Below the pieces are notes generated by a model. It had not been told where the DNA came from. It saw only the letters and a list, made by a program, of their open reading frames with translations, and did no database searches. From positions 59,665-123,664 of the IMG/VR virus record IMGVR_UViG_3300024581_003789: DNA of 64,000 nt; one strand, given 5' to 3'. The position numbers were made by a program, and so were the translations under genes. Source of the DNA: a virus. Shown piece by piece: positions 41,001-50,231 of the stretch; the stretch's first letter is position 1; each line of letters begins with the position of its first letter.

Positions 41001-41663
41001 TTTGAAAAATTTAAAGAGTCCAAAAAATCAACAAACGGTCATAAAGACGATAAAACAATTTTAAGAATTCACATATACGATGAAGAGTCAATTCTGGATC
41101 CAGCTTCGTATGCAATGCATCAAACTCTTTTAGCAGGAGCTGAAAATAAAGTTATTAATGGCAAAGATTATAGAAAAGTAATTGAGGAAAAGCTTGGATC
41201 TGGCGGCTTAAACTTTAATGACGTTAAACAGGTAATGAAAGCAGCTTATCCAACAATTATATACGGAAGTAACGGATCTACGGTTAAAAACATATCAGTT
41301 AGTGCAAATACTAGTGGAGAATTAAGCCAAGTTTTAATGAACGATAGTTACGGCCAGATTAGAGACGGTGTTATCAAAGGAAAGAATTATGAGAACGACT
41401 ATGAAAGCATAACATTACTGCCTAACACTGTTTCTCTATCTATGTTAGGTCAACCTATGATAGGACGAGGCAATAATATCTTTATCGACTTTGGTACAAA
41501 TACTAGCTTAGACAATATCTACACTGTTAAGTCTGTTAGTCATAGTTTAAGCAAGGGAGACTTTAGCACAACTGTTCAATTAGTGCCTTCAAATATGGGT
41601 GCTATTTCTAGCTTTAAAGAGCGAATGAGAAATACATTAGATGTATTAGAAGAAAAAAGCTAA
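38070..41663 (+). CDS. Large baseplate hub protein (gp27/gpD-like) with coiled-coil insertion
   Basis: C-terminal MLGQP.IG.G..IFIDF....YTVKSVSHSL...FSTTVQL; follows the LysM-like gene. Confidence 0.6.
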   Translation: MKGKYDKITNYNLSYENLLEAITEFDGYVMGVSHNDILNLTQTRFDNIVGGSEGLDALFKNSLGETYEDEGLRVFLQHIYSRILDRTTGAYQFSDMFSGNNFDKVFRFLSDYHNLESLAVSEYTGAGEGLGKYMHLILPTSHQTYFPVEKTSVFTPCYSFSPDTRMNKVIRFFENSNELKMTTVTNAEGDIKFDPNTGEPQMRVDVYNNSFDKPGSVEINKDLLGDRFKRPNLSAVVMRHPKATIAGRNKSHLPIFFNAITPVEMSRCTPYIKIEVISQDFKTDSEKISNLNQVGYMRFTKSESGDYELDDLGGFSSTKPVLSDSSKESEIKNKTTTRYSFMDIFNSPQTMSNADINKMGGKSVLGSSFNRDPVLEPVSPMLSLQSLKVDITGAGFGLLASKKAGLSLTLHDRSRMRDIAPLISSTQFSTTKIIIEYGWNHPDGGVNSENVIGKYLNSLKERSIYQVIGSNYSFGDGNTVKIDVDLAAYGFRQNEKIHCGSGPEVPLNMVEEKIKKVTSDIIKGEGIEDAPEVRQEIKLNSRNARSINASISWSAYDQLSPFLREGGDQKKLTDIIKTILIPETLLHDNYIDETLKEEISSPEKEIQDQISRMLGKLADIKKTKPSTKEDKEENRLSADPYLWSTTTGALDGNFFNGRDGESVSLGKVISHFIGHAIASSCLYDEVQLFFYPLNHQAASGRAHTTASLPIPIKKLESAIDEKLNKNSMISVNSFFKLLEKIVRDRNIPAYGLSEVFEDLNKITSLDNDEALDTMKSLYETGELQLDISEAFAFETIKSKGSYDDIFDAEQEKLVKSNNEKLNSLNKEKSSLQKKSNTLKSDIESKRKQLKELPEGDASFAQKTQDLNDSIKEKEAEIASLEKDILEKQKSIDSINKDNDANLFNKKTFDGLKKKVTTKIREKTRKELAEKCKSIYMNDGLSSQYPAEAKFVRPNLSMDFEVLEAIDVSNSELEKFNFFEKFKESKKSTNGHKDDKTILRIHIYDEESILDPASYAMHQTLLAGAENKVINGKDYRKVIEEKLGSGGLNFNDVKQVMKAAYPTIIYGSNGSTVKNISVSANTSGELSQVLMNDSYGQIRDGVIKGKNYENDYESITLLPNTVSLSMLGQPMIGRGNNIFIDFGTNTSLDNIYTVKSVSHSLSKGDFSTTVQLVPSNMGAISSFKERMRNTLDVLEEKS

Positions 41664-41673
41664 AATAATATTT

Positions 41674-41703
41674 TTGTAAATTTAAATTTGCTAGCTATAT
41701 TAT
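41674..41703 (+). promoter_or_regulatory. Possible sigma70-like promoter
   Basis: TTGTAA with TATATT/TATTAT 16-18 nt downstream, just before ORF 41710. Confidence 0.4.
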
Positions 41704-41709
41704 TAATTT

Positions 41710-42777
41710 ATGTATAGCATTAGAAAAAATATCATTAAGAACATTATCATTGATAGAGACTATTTAATATTTGATAATAACATATCAATTAACTTAAATA
41801 GCTCAGGAATAGATATTAGTTTAACTACATTATCAAAGATCAAAAATCTATCAAATCTTAAAGGTATTGATACAGTTTCAGAATTCTATTCTGAATTTTT
41901 TAAATCTTTGAATTTAAAATCTAGCTCTAGTAAATTGTCTAAAATTATTGGCCCCAATAAATCAAAAGAGTATTTAGAATATCTAAAGAAAGAGATTGAG
42001 GACTATTCTAGCATCATCAATTCTTATCACTTAGACATATTTCCTATTAGAAAAAAATGCTATGAAAACTTAGCTGATTTATACTTTGAAAATGAATTAG
42101 TTGAAAAACCTATTTATGAACATTCAGGTGTGACCGGAAGAACTAGTATTAAAAAAGGTTTTAATTTTTTAACTCTTAAAAAAGATAAAAGAAAACATCT
42201 TTCTTTAAAAGAAGAAGGCTATACTTTGTTAGAAGTTGACTTTAAGTCATGCGAGCCTTTCTTTTATTTAAACTCTCAAGGCTTTAAAGTAGAAGGAGAC
42301 GATGTTTATTTATGGCTTTGTAACAAATACAATATTGATGTAAAAGAAAGAAGTGCTGTTAAAAGAGGAATTCTGTCAATGATATACGGTGCTAATGAAA
42401 ATACAATATCTAGACTGATGAATATCAAAGAAAAGAAAATTAAAGAAATTAAAGAAGACCTAGGACTTTTCGATTTACAAAAAAGACTTCAAAAAGAATT
42501 TGATGAAAATGGATTTTTTCTAAACTACTATGGCCGGCCAATCACAAGTGACAACAATTTAATCAATTACTGGATTCAGTCTTCAACAGTTGATTTTTGT
42601 TCCTTAGCATTTAAAGAGTACTCAGAAAAAATAAATGTCAAGCCTGCCTATTTTGTTCATGATAGTATGACTTTTAGAATAGAAAAAGAAAGAATAGAGA
42701 ATATAAAGTCAAATACACACATATCAGAAAGTTTCTCAAATATAAGCATTCCTGTAGAATATTCATCTATTGTCTAA
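41710..42777 (+). CDS. Short family A DNA polymerase (polymerase domain only)
   Basis: VTGRTS, motif A EVDFKSCE, motif B RSAVKRGILSMIYG, NYWIQS, motif C FVHDS; no exonuclease domain. Confidence 0.8.
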   Translation: MYSIRKNIIKNIIIDRDYLIFDNNISINLNSSGIDISLTTLSKIKNLSNLKGIDTVSEFYSEFFKSLNLKSSSSKLSKIIGPNKSKEYLEYLKKEIEDYSSIINSYHLDIFPIRKKCYENLADLYFENELVEKPIYEHSGVTGRTSIKKGFNFLTLKKDKRKHLSLKEEGYTLLEVDFKSCEPFFYLNSQGFKVEGDDVYLWLCNKYNIDVKERSAVKRGILSMIYGANENTISRLMNIKEKKIKEIKEDLGLFDLQKRLQKEFDENGFFLNYYGRPITSDNNLINYWIQSSTVDFCSLAFKEYSEKINVKPAYFVHDSMTFRIEKERIENIKSNTHISESFSNISIPVEYSSIV

Positions 42778-42810
42778 TAATTAATTCTATGATAGAAAAG
42801 GAATCATAGA

Positions 42811-44082
42811 ATGAAAAATATTAAAGAATTTGGAATGGGTGCTTTTAGGCCTGAACTTACTCCTAACGGAAAACATAAAGGTGTTGTAGCAATGATGTCA
42901 CCAACAGCTGATGCTGATAGTTTGTTTTCCAGAAATCAAGAAATGATTAAAGCAGCAGTTAGTGAGCTGGACTTAATAGAAGATGAGCTTGAAGAAAAAG
43001 AAAGCCTGAATGAATCTGTCGTTTTTGAGATGATTCAAAGATTAATCATAGATGTCATTATGGCATCTTCAGACTTATTATCAATTCAGTCTCTTGGTGG
43101 TTGGTTACTAGGTCCCAGATTTGTAACTAATATGGCACAACTCCATTACAATAACGTAAAAGCTAGTGATTTTTTAGCAAAACAGCATCATAGCAATAAA
43201 GAGTTAGACAAGATTAGAGAAATAAGAGCTGCTCTTGGGCGTGACATTGTTGACTTGTTCACAGCAATATTGTCCGCATTTCCACTGTGGGGCCTTGATG
43301 GTCTTTTTGATATTGTTCTAACACAACTTTCTAATCCTACTTCTAAGTTTATTGCAACAGGTTTTTTTAAAGCTTTAGACAAGATCGAAAATAAAACCAT
43401 TAAGACTGTATTGTACATCGGGTCAATTCCTTTGGGTGGGCCAATCGTAATACAGTCGCTAAAGTATATTCAGGAGATTGATGAGTTGTTATCAGGACTA
43501 CCCTCTAACGAATTTCATAGAGGCGGAAGAACCCCTACACCTGTTAAGAAAAAACCTAGAAGACCTTTAAAACCTGCGACTTTTAATGATGAAGTAGAAC
43601 CTATAGAAGATGAAGAAGTTATAATGTTTGACAGGCCAAACTTAAACTTTGAAGATGATGAAACTGAAGAAATAAGCATTGAAGACGAAGAGTTTGAAGA
43701 ATTAGATGATGATGAAACTGTTTTAATGAACAGACCTAGAAAACCCAGGAAAGGAAAGGTTGTTTGGCCAACAAATGAAAATTCAATCTTAAGATGTAGA
43801 ACATACAATCAAAGAAAAAGAAAATTTAATCTTATCGAAACCTTAGAACGTGTTGAAGAATTTACAGATTATTCAGGAAAATTTGCAATGCAATTAGACA
43901 AAATGAATAAAGCAACTAAAGAGAGAGAAATGTCTATAGACGAATTTTCTGGAGTTGCTGCACTGGGTGGTGGTCCAGCAACACCTTTAGGGACAGACGC
44001 AACAGGAAAACCCGTATCTAAGTCAAAAAGAAGAAAGCAAGACAAATTTAATAGAAAAAAATCATTTCCGTATAAAAAATAA
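42811..44082 (+). CDS. Hypothetical, probable late/virion protein
   Basis: ATAATTA upstream; helical hydrophobic core, acidic and basic tracts; core paralogous to ORF 45062. Confidence 0.7.
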   Translation: MKNIKEFGMGAFRPELTPNGKHKGVVAMMSPTADADSLFSRNQEMIKAAVSELDLIEDELEEKESLNESVVFEMIQRLIIDVIMASSDLLSIQSLGGWLLGPRFVTNMAQLHYNNVKASDFLAKQHHSNKELDKIREIRAALGRDIVDLFTAILSAFPLWGLDGLFDIVLTQLSNPTSKFIATGFFKALDKIENKTIKTVLYIGSIPLGGPIVIQSLKYIQEIDELLSGLPSNEFHRGGRTPTPVKKKPRRPLKPATFNDEVEPIEDEEVIMFDRPNLNFEDDETEEISIEDEEFEELDDDETVLMNRPRKPRKGKVVWPTNENSILRCRTYNQRKRKFNLIETLERVEEFTDYSGKFAMQLDKMNKATKEREMSIDEFSGVAALGGGPATPLGTDATGKPVSKSKRRKQDKFNRKKSFPYKK

Positions 44083-44123
44083 TAATAAATCTTCAATTAG
44101 CTGTTTATAATAGTATAGTTCAA

Positions 44124-44160
44124 TTAAACATTGAGATTTGGACATTACAAGTTAAACATT
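44124..44160 (+). repeat. 14-nt-periodic ACATT repeats in the SSB leader
   Basis: ACATT at 44128, 44142, 44156; TTAAACATT exact at 44124 and 44152. Confidence 0.7.
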
Positions 44161-44173
44161 AATGGAGGAAATA

Positions 44174-44959
44174 ATGGCACTTGATTTTGATGCAATTAAA
44201 CGTAAATTAGATAAACTTAGCGGTAACAACACCAGCAGAAACGTAATGTGGAAACCAGAAGAAGGGCAAGAATATAAAGTTCGACTTCTTTCATTTCCAG
44301 ATAACGACGGACAACCTTTTAAAGAGTTGCAATTCTACTACAATATCCCTGGTCAACGAGGATTATTAGCACCAAGCCAGTTTGGTAAGCGTGACCCAAT
44401 TCAAGAGTTGATTAATAAACTTCGAGACGAAGGTACAAAAGAAAGCTATGAAATGGCAAAGAAATTGTATCCAAAAATGCGAGTTTATGCTCCAGTCTTG
44501 GTTCGAGGTGAAGAAGGTGAAGGAGTTCGTATTTGGTCCTTTGGGAAACTAGTATATCAATCACTTTTGTCACTAATGATGGACGAAGACTATGGCGACA
44601 TTACAGATCTTAAAACAGGTACTGATCTTAAGATCAAATGCACTAAGTCTCCAGGACAACAATGGGCAAAAACTGAAGTATTACCGGTGCGTAAAGCTTC
44701 TCCTTTGTCCGGAGACGCTAGTCAAACCAAAGAATGGGTAAGCAGCATTCCTGATATTAACGATATTTTTAGACTTAAGTCTTACGATGAATTAAGTAAC
44801 ATTGTTAATAACTGGCTTAACGGTGAAGAAGAAGCTGAAAGCACAGGATCTGAATGGACCAGTAGCAATGAAACTTCTACTGATACAGACTCCGATGGAG
44901 ATGACTCAGGAAAAAGCTACTCAAGCTTAGATGATGCCTTTTCCGATTTGATGAGTTAA
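44174..44959 (+). CDS. gp32: Single-stranded DNA-binding protein (gp32-like)
   Basis: GGAGG RBS + ATG 44174; WKP..VRLL, CPI-position RDPI, YGDITDL..GTDLKI; acidic C-terminal tail ending DDAFSDLMS. Confidence 0.82.
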   Translation: MALDFDAIKRKLDKLSGNNTSRNVMWKPEEGQEYKVRLLSFPDNDGQPFKELQFYYNIPGQRGLLAPSQFGKRDPIQELINKLRDEGTKESYEMAKKLYPKMRVYAPVLVRGEEGEGVRIWSFGKLVYQSLLSLMMDEDYGDITDLKTGTDLKIKCTKSPGQQWAKTEVLPVRKASPLSGDASQTKEWVSSIPDINDIFRLKSYDELSNIVNNWLNGEEEAESTGSEWTSSNETSTDTDSDGDDSGKSYSSLDDAFSDLMS

Positions 44960-44990
44960 GTTATTTAAATTATCTTAATAACATTATTTC

Positions 44991-45020
44991 AAAACCTGAT
45001 CGCTAGATCAGGTTTTTTCT
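44991..45020 (+). terminator. Rho-independent terminator after SSB
   Basis: AAAACCTGATC-GCTA-GATCAGGTTTT followed by a T-rich tail. Confidence 0.85.
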
Positions 45021-45061
45021 TTTTAGGGCGTATATATATAAAAGTATTTGGAGGACGTCCC

Positions 45062-46642
45062 ATGAAAGACATTTTAGGTAGCAGAGTAAGAACTTCAAGA
45101 GGATATTCACTGCAAGAAACAGTTGGCAGACTTGAAGATAAAGAATCACAATTAAAAGAAGTAATTGCAAAATTAGAAGAACTCACTAATCAGAGAGATA
45201 ATTTGCAAGAAGGCTCGTTTTGGGGTGACCAAGTTTATAAGTTAGTCACCAAGGCTATTACTTTAGCTGCATCTATTTTCATTGATGACTTTTCTGGAGA
45301 AATAGGTGGTATTGCTTTATTGGTTCCTGCTTTGGCAAAAAATGCTTACGAACTCAATAACACAAATTCAAAGTTAAGACCCTTGTTAGATAAAGGAACA
45401 AACACAAAAGAAGAAGCAGAAAAGATCGCAGAGTATGTAGCTGATATTAAAGGTGATATATCTGATCTGATGTCAGCAATTGCAATTGCTATTCCTGGAC
45501 TTCCCGGTGTAGATGATTCTGTAGGGATTGCTTTATCTTTATTTGAAGATCAGGCAGTATCAGCCTTGAAATTACTTGTAGATACAATCAAATCCTATCA
45601 GAATCAAGACGGTCCTGTTGGATTTATCGCAAAAGTTTTAAGCTATGCAGGCTACTTCGTTGGCGGTAATATTGTTATGGAATCTTTAGAACTGTTAGAA
45701 GCGGCTATTCCAGTTCTTGAAGGTAATGGAATTATGACTATTGAGAACGTGCCTAGTGACGATGGTCCGTTAGAATCAATGCAAGACGGTGATCCAAAGC
45801 ATTGGGAAGAAGGAGAAATAATTGACATAACACCTCAAGAATACGAAGGTCTTCAAGATGATGACAGTGCACAACTTTTTAATAGACTTCCTATGTCAGA
45901 GAATGCATTTTTAAAAGAATCAATATCATCAGAGCATTTAAAAATTTTAGAAGAAATGAAAGTTGTACACGAAGGGTTAATAACAGATCTAATTGACTCA
46001 ATTCAATCAATTGTTGAAATATTGCCTACAGAATTACTTATGCAAGCAGACTTACCACTGGCTGCTGGAGAGTATGTTGGGGGTTCTATTGCACAATTTG
46101 CAGGTGGTAACTTAATTTCAAAATTAGGTAAATTATTCGCTTCTACACGATCATCAGATGCTTCATCTATTAATCGTGCCCTCTCTGAATTAGCACCAAT
46201 TCTTATTGCTTTACCTACCTTAGGTGCTATACCCGTTGTTGCGCCTGTGATTAAGATTATGTTAGACTCTTTAGAGTGTATTGGCAATTTAGGAACTATT
46301 TTGGATGATAGCGATTCCAGTTCATTTAATAGTTCTTATGAAGTCAGTGTTACAAGTATGGCAAAAGAATTACTAGGCGACGCAATCCCAACTGCTGTAG
46401 ACGTTGCTGATAGAACCGGTTTTATCGACGGTTTGATGGGTCTTGGAAGATTAGTAAAAAATCTCTTTGAGCTGAATAGTGGCATAGATAAAGGTGAAAA
46501 ATTAATTGAAGAATACAATCAGCTTAATTTCCAAGATGACACTGACATGATGCAACTTGATGATATTTCAGATATCCCAGCGCCTCCCTTGACTGAGTCT
46601 TTTGACTTAAAAAGATGGCAAAAACTTTCAGGTCTTATTTGA
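45062..46642 (+). CDS. Hypothetical, probable internal head protein
   Basis: GGAGG RBS; two hydrophobic helical repeats; C-terminal LTES..RWQKLSGLI resembles the scaffold C-terminus. Confidence 0.72.
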   Translation: MKDILGSRVRTSRGYSLQETVGRLEDKESQLKEVIAKLEELTNQRDNLQEGSFWGDQVYKLVTKAITLAASIFIDDFSGEIGGIALLVPALAKNAYELNNTNSKLRPLLDKGTNTKEEAEKIAEYVADIKGDISDLMSAIAIAIPGLPGVDDSVGIALSLFEDQAVSALKLLVDTIKSYQNQDGPVGFIAKVLSYAGYFVGGNIVMESLELLEAAIPVLEGNGIMTIENVPSDDGPLESMQDGDPKHWEEGEIIDITPQEYEGLQDDDSAQLFNRLPMSENAFLKESISSEHLKILEEMKVVHEGLITDLIDSIQSIVEILPTELLMQADLPLAAGEYVGGSIAQFAGGNLISKLGKLFASTRSSDASSINRALSELAPILIALPTLGAIPVVAPVIKIMLDSLECIGNLGTILDDSDSSSFNSSYEVSVTSMAKELLGDAIPTAVDVADRTGFIDGLMGLGRLVKNLFELNSGIDKGEKLIEEYNQLNFQDDTDMMQLDDISDIPAPPLTESFDLKRWQKLSGLI

Positions 46643-46668
46643 AAATTTAACTCTTCTCATTATATAAT
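46639..46668 (+). promoter_or_regulatory. sigma70-like promoter for the replication operon
   Basis: TTGAAA-N18-TATAAT, then AGGAG RBS before recA. Confidence 0.5.
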
Positions 46669-46692
46669 TCCTATATAAACTAGGAGTGAATA

Positions 46693-47859
46693 ATGGGAAA
46701 AAATGATGATTTTACCTCGCAACTGATTAAGTCTTTAAACAAAGATTATAAAACAAAAGTTGCCTACAACCTTGCTGAGGACGAAAGTCCTACACAAGTT
46801 AAGCGATGGATTAGTACAGGTTCTAAGCTGTTAGACTACATTTGTGCAAATCAAGAAAATGGAGGCTTTCCTGAAGGGCGAATTGTTGAAATGTTCGGAC
46901 CCCCTTCAATTGGAAAGTCTCATATTGCGACTCAGATTGCAAGAAGCACCCAGCAGATGGGTGGTATTGTTGTCTACATTGATACAGAAAATGCAACAAG
47001 CATTGAGAATTTAGGAAATCTAGGCGTGGACGTGTCACAAAGATTTGTTTATGTCGATACACACTGTACAGAGGAAGTACTTGATTTGGCAGAAAAAACA
47101 ATTCTAAAAGCAAGAGCACTTGATAAAGATGTCCCAGTAACTATTATTTGGGATTCAGTTGCAGCTTCTTCTCCAAAAGCTGAGCTATTAGGTGACTACG
47201 ACAAAGAAAGTATCGGTCTTCAAGCTCGAGCAATTTCTAAAGGAATGCGAAAGATCACAGGTGTTATTGGTCAAACTAATAGTTTGCTTGTTTGCTTAAA
47301 TCAGATTCGAACAAAAGTTGGCGTAATGTATGGTGATCCAGACACCACGCCTGGCGGAAAAGCAATTCCATTTCATAGCTCGATTCGAATCAAATTAGGT
47401 GCAGGTCAACAAATCAAAGAGGGCGATGACGTAATTGGGATTCACGTTTGGGCAAAAACTGTAAAAAATAAAGTTGCACCTCCTTTTAGAAAGGTAGATT
47501 TTCAAATTCATTTTGGAAAAGGAATTGTTGAGCATGAAGAAACTTTTGATCTTTTAAGAAAACATGGGTTGGTAACAGTAGACGGTCGATCATATCTGAT
47601 CTCAGGAAACGGTGGTTGGAAGACTATTGAGGTTTTAGACGAAACAGGGTCACTAGTAGACTCAAAGAAGTTTAGAAAAACAGAGTTTAAAGAAATTCAA
47701 GAAGACGAGTACTGGGGACCAATTGTAGACATTGTTTTAAAAGATGCAATGATCAAAAAAATGGGAACTAGCGAAGGCGTAGATATCGATCCTGAGTCCT
47801 ATGAAGAAGTAAAGGAAGTAGGAAATCTACTCTTAGACTTTGATGAGAGTGACTTATAA
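46693..47859 (+). CDS. uvsX: RecA/UvsX recombinase
   Basis: GRIVEMFGPPSIGKS Walker A, YIDTE, WDSVA, LNQIR, PGGKAIPF. Confidence 0.95.
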   Translation: MGKNDDFTSQLIKSLNKDYKTKVAYNLAEDESPTQVKRWISTGSKLLDYICANQENGGFPEGRIVEMFGPPSIGKSHIATQIARSTQQMGGIVVYIDTENATSIENLGNLGVDVSQRFVYVDTHCTEEVLDLAEKTILKARALDKDVPVTIIWDSVAASSPKAELLGDYDKESIGLQARAISKGMRKITGVIGQTNSLLVCLNQIRTKVGVMYGDPDTTPGGKAIPFHSSIRIKLGAGQQIKEGDDVIGIHVWAKTVKNKVAPPFRKVDFQIHFGKGIVEHEETFDLLRKHGLVTVDGRSYLISGNGGWKTIEVLDETGSLVDSKKFRKTEFKEIQEDEYWGPIVDIVLKDAMIKKMGTSEGVDIDPESYEEVKEVGNLLLDFDESDL

Positions 47860-48836
47860 TGGTAAAAGATAGAGTCTTGATATTCGATGCGCTTAATGTT
47901 TTTATGAGGCATTATATAGCGCATCCTGCCATGTCTGACAACGGAGAGCAAATAGGCGGGATTGTAGGATTTTACTACAATCTCGTCAATTTAATAGAAA
48001 AGTGTAAACCTGAAGGTGTTATAGTTGTTTGGGAAGGTGGCGGAAGCAAAAGAAAAAGAGATCTATATCCTGACTATAAAAAAGGAAGCAGACCTTCAAA
48101 GATGAATCGCTACTATGATAAAGAAGATATTCCTGACACATTAGAAAATAGAAATTTTCAAATTAGAAACTTAGTAGGGATATTAAGCAATCTCCCAGTT
48201 TGTCAAGTCTATATTGAAGATGCTGAAGCTGATGATGCGATCGGATATCTTTCTAAATACAAGTTAAAAGATAAAAACAAAGTTATTGTCACTGGTGATC
48301 ATGATTTTTATCAGCTCGTTGACGAAAATTGCATTCTGTATTCTCCAAACTCAAAGTCATTTATTAATACGGATAAAGTCTTAGAAAAGTATGGTGTTCA
48401 TCCTCATAACTTCTGCCTAGCTAAATCAATAGTAGGTGATAAGTCTGACAATATTCCTGGAGTACCAGGAGCAGGATATAAAACACTAGTCAAGGAATAC
48501 GGATCTCTTTTTAAAAAAGAAGACTTTGATTCGAATGCATTCCAGTTATTCGTAGAAAACGATACAAATCATCAAAACAATCCTAAAAAGAAGATATATA
48601 AATCCATCAAGGAAAATGAAAAGTTGATTGAGCGGAATATTAAGTTAGTTAGGCTAGACGTAGACAACTTAGTACACATGCAAACCAAAAAACTTGATGA
48701 AAGTATTGAAAATTTCAAACCTACATGGAATAATATGAATGCAATAAAATACCTGAAAGAGAACAACATTAAAAATATAGACATTCTCCAGCACGGGTAT
48801 CTTTTTAGAAACCTCAAACAAGGAAAAATTTTATAA
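47859..48836 (+). CDS. rnh: 5'-3' exonuclease / flap endonuclease (T4 RNase H-like)
   Basis: FDALNVF, EADDAI, GDHDFYQL, GDKSDNIPGVPGAG. Confidence 0.9.
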   Translation: MVKDRVLIFDALNVFMRHYIAHPAMSDNGEQIGGIVGFYYNLVNLIEKCKPEGVIVVWEGGGSKRKRDLYPDYKKGSRPSKMNRYYDKEDIPDTLENRNFQIRNLVGILSNLPVCQVYIEDAEADDAIGYLSKYKLKDKNKVIVTGDHDFYQLVDENCILYSPNSKSFINTDKVLEKYGVHPHNFCLAKSIVGDKSDNIPGVPGAGYKTLVKEYGSLFKKEDFDSNAFQLFVENDTNHQNNPKKKIYKSIKENEKLIERNIKLVRLDVDNLVHMQTKKLDESIENFKPTWNNMNAIKYLKENNIKNIDILQHGYLFRNLKQGKIL

Positions 48837-50218
48837 TGAACGCACCAGCAAATATTAACTACTTTTCAAAATACGGAAAAGATTTTCAAGAAAAGATCTT
48901 CCAAGCACTATTAGATGATCATTCTTGGGCTTCGCAAATGATGGAGGTAATGAAATATGATTACTTTGAACTTAAATATCTTCAGTTTCTTTGCGATAGA
49001 TTTTTCAGCTTTCATGAAAAATATAGAAACTTCCCCACACTCCCACTATTAGTTTCTATCATCAAGGATGATTTATCTGCTGGAGATGACGTAATTCTTC
49101 GTGAGCAAGTAATTGAATATCTTTCTCGAATGAAAGCAAATCCTAATCTGACAGATCTTAAGTATGTTAAAGATAAGTCATTAGACTTTTGCAAAAAGCA
49201 AGCTCTCCAGCAGGCGTTGGAAGACAGTGTAAAGGCAATTAAATCAGAGAATTACGAGTCTGTTTTAAGTATTATGAAAGACGCTGTCTTTAAAGGCAGT
49301 TCTTCTACGACCGGTCATGATTTTTTTGAAGATCATGAAGCACGTTTTCAACTTATTGATCGAGCAACATGCCCAACAGGTATTAGTCACTTAGACAAAA
49401 AAGATGTCTTAAACGGTGGATTAGGAAGAGGTGAAATTGGCGTTGTCGTGGCAAATACTGGAGTTGGTAAATCTCACTATCTGGTTGCTATGGGCGCTGA
49501 GGCATTACGCCGAGGAAAAAATGTAGTTCATTACACTTTTGAATTAACTGAAACTGCAGTTGGTATAAGATACGACAGTAATTTGTGTAGCATACCATCT
49601 TCAAATGTTATTCAAAATAAAGAAAATATACTCAAAACTTATTCAGAAAGTGACTTTGGTAGATTGATAATTAAGCAATATCCAACAGGCGCGGCAAGCA
49701 TCGTAACTATTAGAAATCACCTAGAAAAACTAGCAATGAAAGATTTCAAACCGAGTTTGCTCGTGATCGATTATGCGGATATTATGCGTTCTACACGAAC
49801 TTACGATTCACTTAGACACGAACTTAAATTAGTATACGAAGAACTTAGGAATTTGGCAATGGAAATGAACATACCTATCTGGACAGCATCACAGGCAAAC
49901 AGAGACTCTGCTAAAGCTGATGTTGTAGGTTTGGAAAATATGTCTGAAGCTTATGGTAAAGCCATGGTTGCAGATGTTGTTGTTTCACTTTCTCGCAAAC
50001 CTATGGAAAAATCTACAGGAGCCGGTCGACTCTTTGTGGCAAAAAATCGTGCAGGACGCGATGGTTTAATGTTTCCAATCCGTATTGATACATCAATGTC
50101 AAAAATTGAAGTATTAGAAGATGTTGGAGAAATGTCAATCGCAGATGCAGTTGAAGCTCATAACGTTGGAACAAAAAATATGCTAAAATCAAAATGGAAA
50201 GAAATTACAGGAAAATAA
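48836..50218 (+). CDS. gp41: Replicative DnaB-like helicase (gp41-like)
   Basis: ANTGVGKS Walker A, TFELT, LVIDYAD, TASQANR, KNRAG. Confidence 0.92.
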   Translation: MNAPANINYFSKYGKDFQEKIFQALLDDHSWASQMMEVMKYDYFELKYLQFLCDRFFSFHEKYRNFPTLPLLVSIIKDDLSAGDDVILREQVIEYLSRMKANPNLTDLKYVKDKSLDFCKKQALQQALEDSVKAIKSENYESVLSIMKDAVFKGSSSTTGHDFFEDHEARFQLIDRATCPTGISHLDKKDVLNGGLGRGEIGVVVANTGVGKSHYLVAMGAEALRRGKNVVHYTFELTETAVGIRYDSNLCSIPSSNVIQNKENILKTYSESDFGRLIIKQYPTGAASIVTIRNHLEKLAMKDFKPSLLVIDYADIMRSTRTYDSLRHELKLVYEELRNLAMEMNIPIWTASQANRDSAKADVVGLENMSEAYGKAMVADVVVSLSRKPMEKSTGAGRLFVAKNRAGRDGLMFPIRIDTSMSKIEVLEDVGEMSIADAVEAHNVGTKNMLKSKWKEITGK

Positions 50219-50231
50219 TCAGGGAGAATTA

